Shown: piece by piece, positions 7,475-10,145 of the stretch
How positions within the stretch are numbered: position 1 is the stretch's first letter
Layout: each line of letters starts with the position of its first letter
From: Candidatus Micrarchaeota archaeon
GTDB taxonomy: Archaea > Micrarchaeota > Micrarchaeia > Anstonellales > Bilamarchaeaceae
Direction of reading: 5' to 3'
Assembly: GCA_037440825.1 (NCBI GenBank)
Contig: JBBITJ010000012.1
Location: 18,971 to 29,115 of the forward strand
Length of the DNA: 10,145 nt
The notes under the pieces: model-generated
Database searches by the model: none
The model's input: the letters and a program-made list of their open reading frames with translations, nothing else
What the model was told of the DNA's origin: nothing
Translations under genes and position numbers: made by a program

Positions 7475-7490
7475 CAGAAGATATTTAAAT
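7475..7490 (+). promoter_or_regulatory. BRE/TATA promoter for the dapB-like operon
   Basis: CAGAAGAT followed by ATTTAAAT (7483-7490), ending 20 nt before ATG 7511, similar spacing to the antiporter promoter. Confidence 0.55.
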
Positions 7491-7510
7491 CTCGGAAGCA
7501 TTCTCAGTGC

Positions 7511-8323
7511 ATGGCGCTCAGGATAGGCATGTGCGGGCTCGGCAAGACCGGCAGCATCATAGCCTCTAAGATAATAAAGGACAAGACCACCTCGCTTGTC
7601 CTTGCATCCACCGGCGCAGGGAATCGCTTCATAGGCTGGGACATAGGGAAATACCTAGGAAGGAGGCGGTACGGGGTGAAGATATCGGGGAGCGACACCC
7701 TCGAGCATGACATCGGGAAATCGTCGCCCAGGGTCATGATAGATTTCACTTCCCCGGAGGCCTCGCTGCGCAACCTGGAAATCTTCGCGAAGGCAGGAGT
7801 GAACGCGGTCATAGGCACCACGGGCTTCAGCACGAGGCAATTGAAACTCATCGACAGGTTCGCGAAAAGGATAGCGATAGTGCTCGCCCCCAACATCACC
7901 GAAGGGGTGAACATACTGATGGCGCTATCGCGCATAACCGCCAAGCTCTGGCCTGGTGCCGACATAGACATAATCGAGACGCACCACCGGGGCAAGAAGG
8001 ATGCTCCATCAGGGACGGCAAAGCTCATCGCCCGCAAGATCCACGAGGACGATTCCAAAAGGGTGTGGAAATCCGGGATGCACAGGGGCGAGCGGGGCCA
8101 CGAGATACGCGTGCATTCAGTGCGCAGCGGCGGCGTGATTTCAAGGCACGAGGTGCACTTCGCCACGCAGACCCAGACGCTGGCAATTTCCCATTCCACG
8201 ATTTTCCGCGACGCGTTCGGCTCCGGCGCAATAAAGGCGGCCAGGTGGCTGGCCACCAAGAGCAAGGGGCTCTATTACATGGAGGACGTGCTCGGGCTGA
8301 AGACTATTTCGGTTGGTACCTGA
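7511..8323 (+). CDS. dapB: 4-hydroxy-tetrahydrodipicolinate reductase (DapB family), 270 aa
   Basis: Rossmann 'IGMCGLGKTG', 'VMIDFTSPE', 'VIGTTGF', 'APN', substrate loop 'ETHHRGKKDAPSGTA', 'HSVRSG', 'RDAFGSGAIKAARW'. Confidence 0.9.
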   Translation: MALRIGMCGLGKTGSIIASKIIKDKTTSLVLASTGAGNRFIGWDIGKYLGRRRYGVKISGSDTLEHDIGKSSPRVMIDFTSPEASLRNLEIFAKAGVNAVIGTTGFSTRQLKLIDRFAKRIAIVLAPNITEGVNILMALSRITAKLWPGADIDIIETHHRGKKDAPSGTAKLIARKIHEDDSKRVWKSGMHRGERGHEIRVHSVRSGGVISRHEVHFATQTQTLAISHSTIFRDAFGSGAIKAARWLATKSKGLYYMEDVLGLKTISVGT

Positions 8324-9933
8324 TGGATGTATTCCAGATTTTCGTAGCAGCAGGCGCAGCGGTCGCGCTCTTCCTCTACGGGATAGACCACCTGAGCGCG
8401 GAAATACAGCGCGCGGCAGGGGAGCGCATGCGCGGCCTCCTCTCAAACCTCACCTCGAACAGGTGGGTGGGTGCGCTCCTCGGCGCAATCACGACCGCAC
8501 TGGTGCAGTCGAGCTCAGCCACCACCGTGATAACCGTGGGCCTGGTCAACGCAGGGGTCATTTCATTTTCCCAGAGCTTAGGAATAATCGCAGGGGCGAA
8601 CATAGGAACCACCATCACGGCCCAGCTGGTGGCATTCGACCTCACTGAGACCGCGCCCCTGTTCATAATCGCGGGCTTCGTGATGAGCATATCTCAATGG
8701 AAATACCGCTTCCTGGGCAAGTCCGTGTTCTATTTCGGCCTGCTGTTCATGAGCTTCAACCTCATTTCGCAGGCGCTCGATCCCCTCAAGTCGGACGCGG
8801 CGTTCATAAGCTTCATAGCCGAGCTTGAAAATCCGATCCTCGGTCTCCTGTTCGGGATAGTGATCACCCTGCTGTTCCAGTCCAGCGCGGTCACCACGGG
8901 GATAACAGTCCTCCTAGGGGCCCAGGGCATAATCACCCTCGTCCAGGCGATCCCGGTCATATTGGGCGCCAACATAGGGACCACTTCCACCGCGATAATG
9001 GCCGCATACAGGCTGGATGCGTTCTCGAAGCGCGCAGCGGTCGCGCATACGATATTCAACTTCCTGGGCGTGCTCATTTTCCTGCCTATAATAGGCATTT
9101 TCGCCGCTTTCGTGCAGAGCCTCGGAGGCGGCACTGCGGTGATGATTGCGAACGCGCACCTGCTCTTCAATATAGCCACCGCATTGGTGTTCCTGGCATT
9201 CTCAAACCACATAGCGGATTTCGTCTCCTCGAAAGTGAAGACGGACAAGAAGGAGCTGATATTCAGGACGCAGTTCATAAGCCCGCAGCCGCCTGCTGAA
9301 ACATCCAATGCGATAGAGGAAGTCAGGAAGGAGATGATCCACGACCTGGAGATGATCAGGGAACTGTTCATAGTTTCGATAGGCATGGCAAAGGCGGGGA
9401 ACGTGTCTGAAATGCATTATGCGATGAAGCTCAAGTCGCTCAGCGATTTCCTAGGGGAGAAGGCTGCCGAGCGGCTCGCCGTGATTTCGCGCAGGAAGCT
9501 CTCCAACGAGGAGGCAGTAACGCTGTCCAAGCTCGCGCGCATATCCAGCGAGATCAGGCAGCTTTCCGAGCTGGGCAAGGACATGTACAAGGTCGCGAGG
9601 AGGATGGACGCGCGCGGGATGAAGATGATGCCCCAGTCCGTATCCGAGCTCTCCACGATAGACATACTGCTGTTCGACAACCTCTCCATGCTCGCGGAAA
9701 GCGGAGGGGAAATTGCGTTCTCTTCGCTGAAGTCCGCGGAGAGGAACCTGCACACCGCTTCCAGGCGCACAGCCAAATCCTACCTCGCGCACATACAGCG
9801 GCTGAAGAAGAGGACCTCGGAGGGGTTCACCGGCACTGAATTCACGCTCCTCCTTGCGATGGTCGAAACCGCGAACTCCAAGGTCGTGTGGATAATGAGG
9901 CAGCTGGCGAACGCAAGGAAGCACGTGCCGTGA
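8323..9933 (+). CDS. Na+/phosphate cotransporter family protein (NptA/YjbB, SLC34-like) with a helical PhoU-like C-terminal region, 536 aa
   Basis: Internal repeat 'TALVQSSSATTVITVGLV...GANIGTTITAQL' and 'TLLFQSSAVTT...GANIGTTSTA', plus 'AHTIFN' and 'IANAHLLFN'. The real start is most likely ATG 8323, overlapping the dapB stop (TGATG). Confidence 0.92.
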   Translation: MDVFQIFVAAGAAVALFLYGIDHLSAEIQRAAGERMRGLLSNLTSNRWVGALLGAITTALVQSSSATTVITVGLVNAGVISFSQSLGIIAGANIGTTITAQLVAFDLTETAPLFIIAGFVMSISQWKYRFLGKSVFYFGLLFMSFNLISQALDPLKSDAAFISFIAELENPILGLLFGIVITLLFQSSAVTTGITVLLGAQGIITLVQAIPVILGANIGTTSTAIMAAYRLDAFSKRAAVAHTIFNFLGVLIFLPIIGIFAAFVQSLGGGTAVMIANAHLLFNIATALVFLAFSNHIADFVSSKVKTDKKELIFRTQFISPQPPAETSNAIEEVRKEMIHDLEMIRELFIVSIGMAKAGNVSEMHYAMKLKSLSDFLGEKAAERLAVISRRKLSNEEAVTLSKLARISSEIRQLSELGKDMYKVARRMDARGMKMMPQSVSELSTIDILLFDNLSMLAESGGEIAFSSLKSAERNLHTASRRTAKSYLAHIQRLKKRTSEGFTGTEFTLLLAMVETANSKVVWIMRQLANARKHVP

Positions 9934-9937
9934 TTTC

Positions 9938-10145
9938 GTGCTGGGCATATCTTTTGAGGATTTGCTGAAGGGCGCGCTCTCCCGCCCGGTTTCCGTAGCA
10001 TCCATAATATTCGCGAATCTTTCCATCATCCTAGGCGTGTTCTTCTTCAGCTGGTCTTTGGGCGACCTCATACTCCTCTACTGGGCTGAGAGCGCCGTGA
10101 TAGGATTTTTCACCATATTGAAGATGTGGTTCGCGAAAGGGCACG
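9938..10145 (+). CDS. Membrane protein, DUF6498-like, truncated by the window end
   Basis: Manual translation from GTG 9938: MLGISFEDLLKGALSRPVSVASIIFANLSIILGVFFFSWSLGDLILLYWAESAVIGFFTILKMWFAKGH... The pattern 'ANL...GV...W....LLYWAE..VIG....LKM' is what I recall for DUF6498. It starts 4 nt after the previous stop and is absent from the ORF track. Confidence 0.75.
   Translation, partial: MLGISFEDLLKGALSRPVSVASIIFANLSIILGVFFFSWSLGDLILLYWAESAVIGFFTILKMWFAKGH

Noticed and set aside
7504..8265. 253-aa antisense ORF over dapB, and similar antisense ORFs at 8730-9386, 6001-6468 and 6514-6963
   Set aside because: Reverse-complement shadows of well-supported genes.
8065..8322. 86-aa N-terminal extension of the Na/Pi ORF in the track
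   Set aside because: It overlaps dapB in another frame and is Arg/Gly-rich. Family similarity begins at ATG 8323.
9451..10071. 206-aa minus strand ORF
   Set aside because: Antisense to the Na/Pi gene and the DUF6498-like gene, which explain the sequence better.
1..10145. tRNA, rRNA, CRISPR array, IS element or archease gene
   Set aside because: No cloverleaf, regularly spaced repeats, transposase motifs or archease-like ORF were recognised. The intergenic gaps are short and already accounted for.

Overview
Archaeal-type genomic window (TATA/BRE-like promoters, frequent ATA/AGG codons; a DPANN-like origin is only my guess). On the minus strand, a malic enzyme gene is directly followed by an archaeal TctA-family permease. 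Divergent from them is the tRNA-splicing ligase rtcB, interrupted at its catalytic Cys by a 497-aa LAGLIDADG intein ending in a non-canonical Ser-Asn. Next is a + strand ion-transport cluster: an unannotated, decayed sodium:neurotransmitter symporter (NSS) remnant, an intact CPA-family cation:proton antiporter, and a 128-aa P-type ATPase reduced to its extreme N- and C-termini by an in-frame internal deletion. The window ends with a probable operon of dapB-like reductase, Na+/Pi cotransporter and a truncated DUF6498-like membrane protein. The most unusual signals are the two internally collapsed transporter genes flanking the antiporter and the intein. I see no convincing wholly new multi-gene system. 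All family calls come from motif recognition, not database searches.
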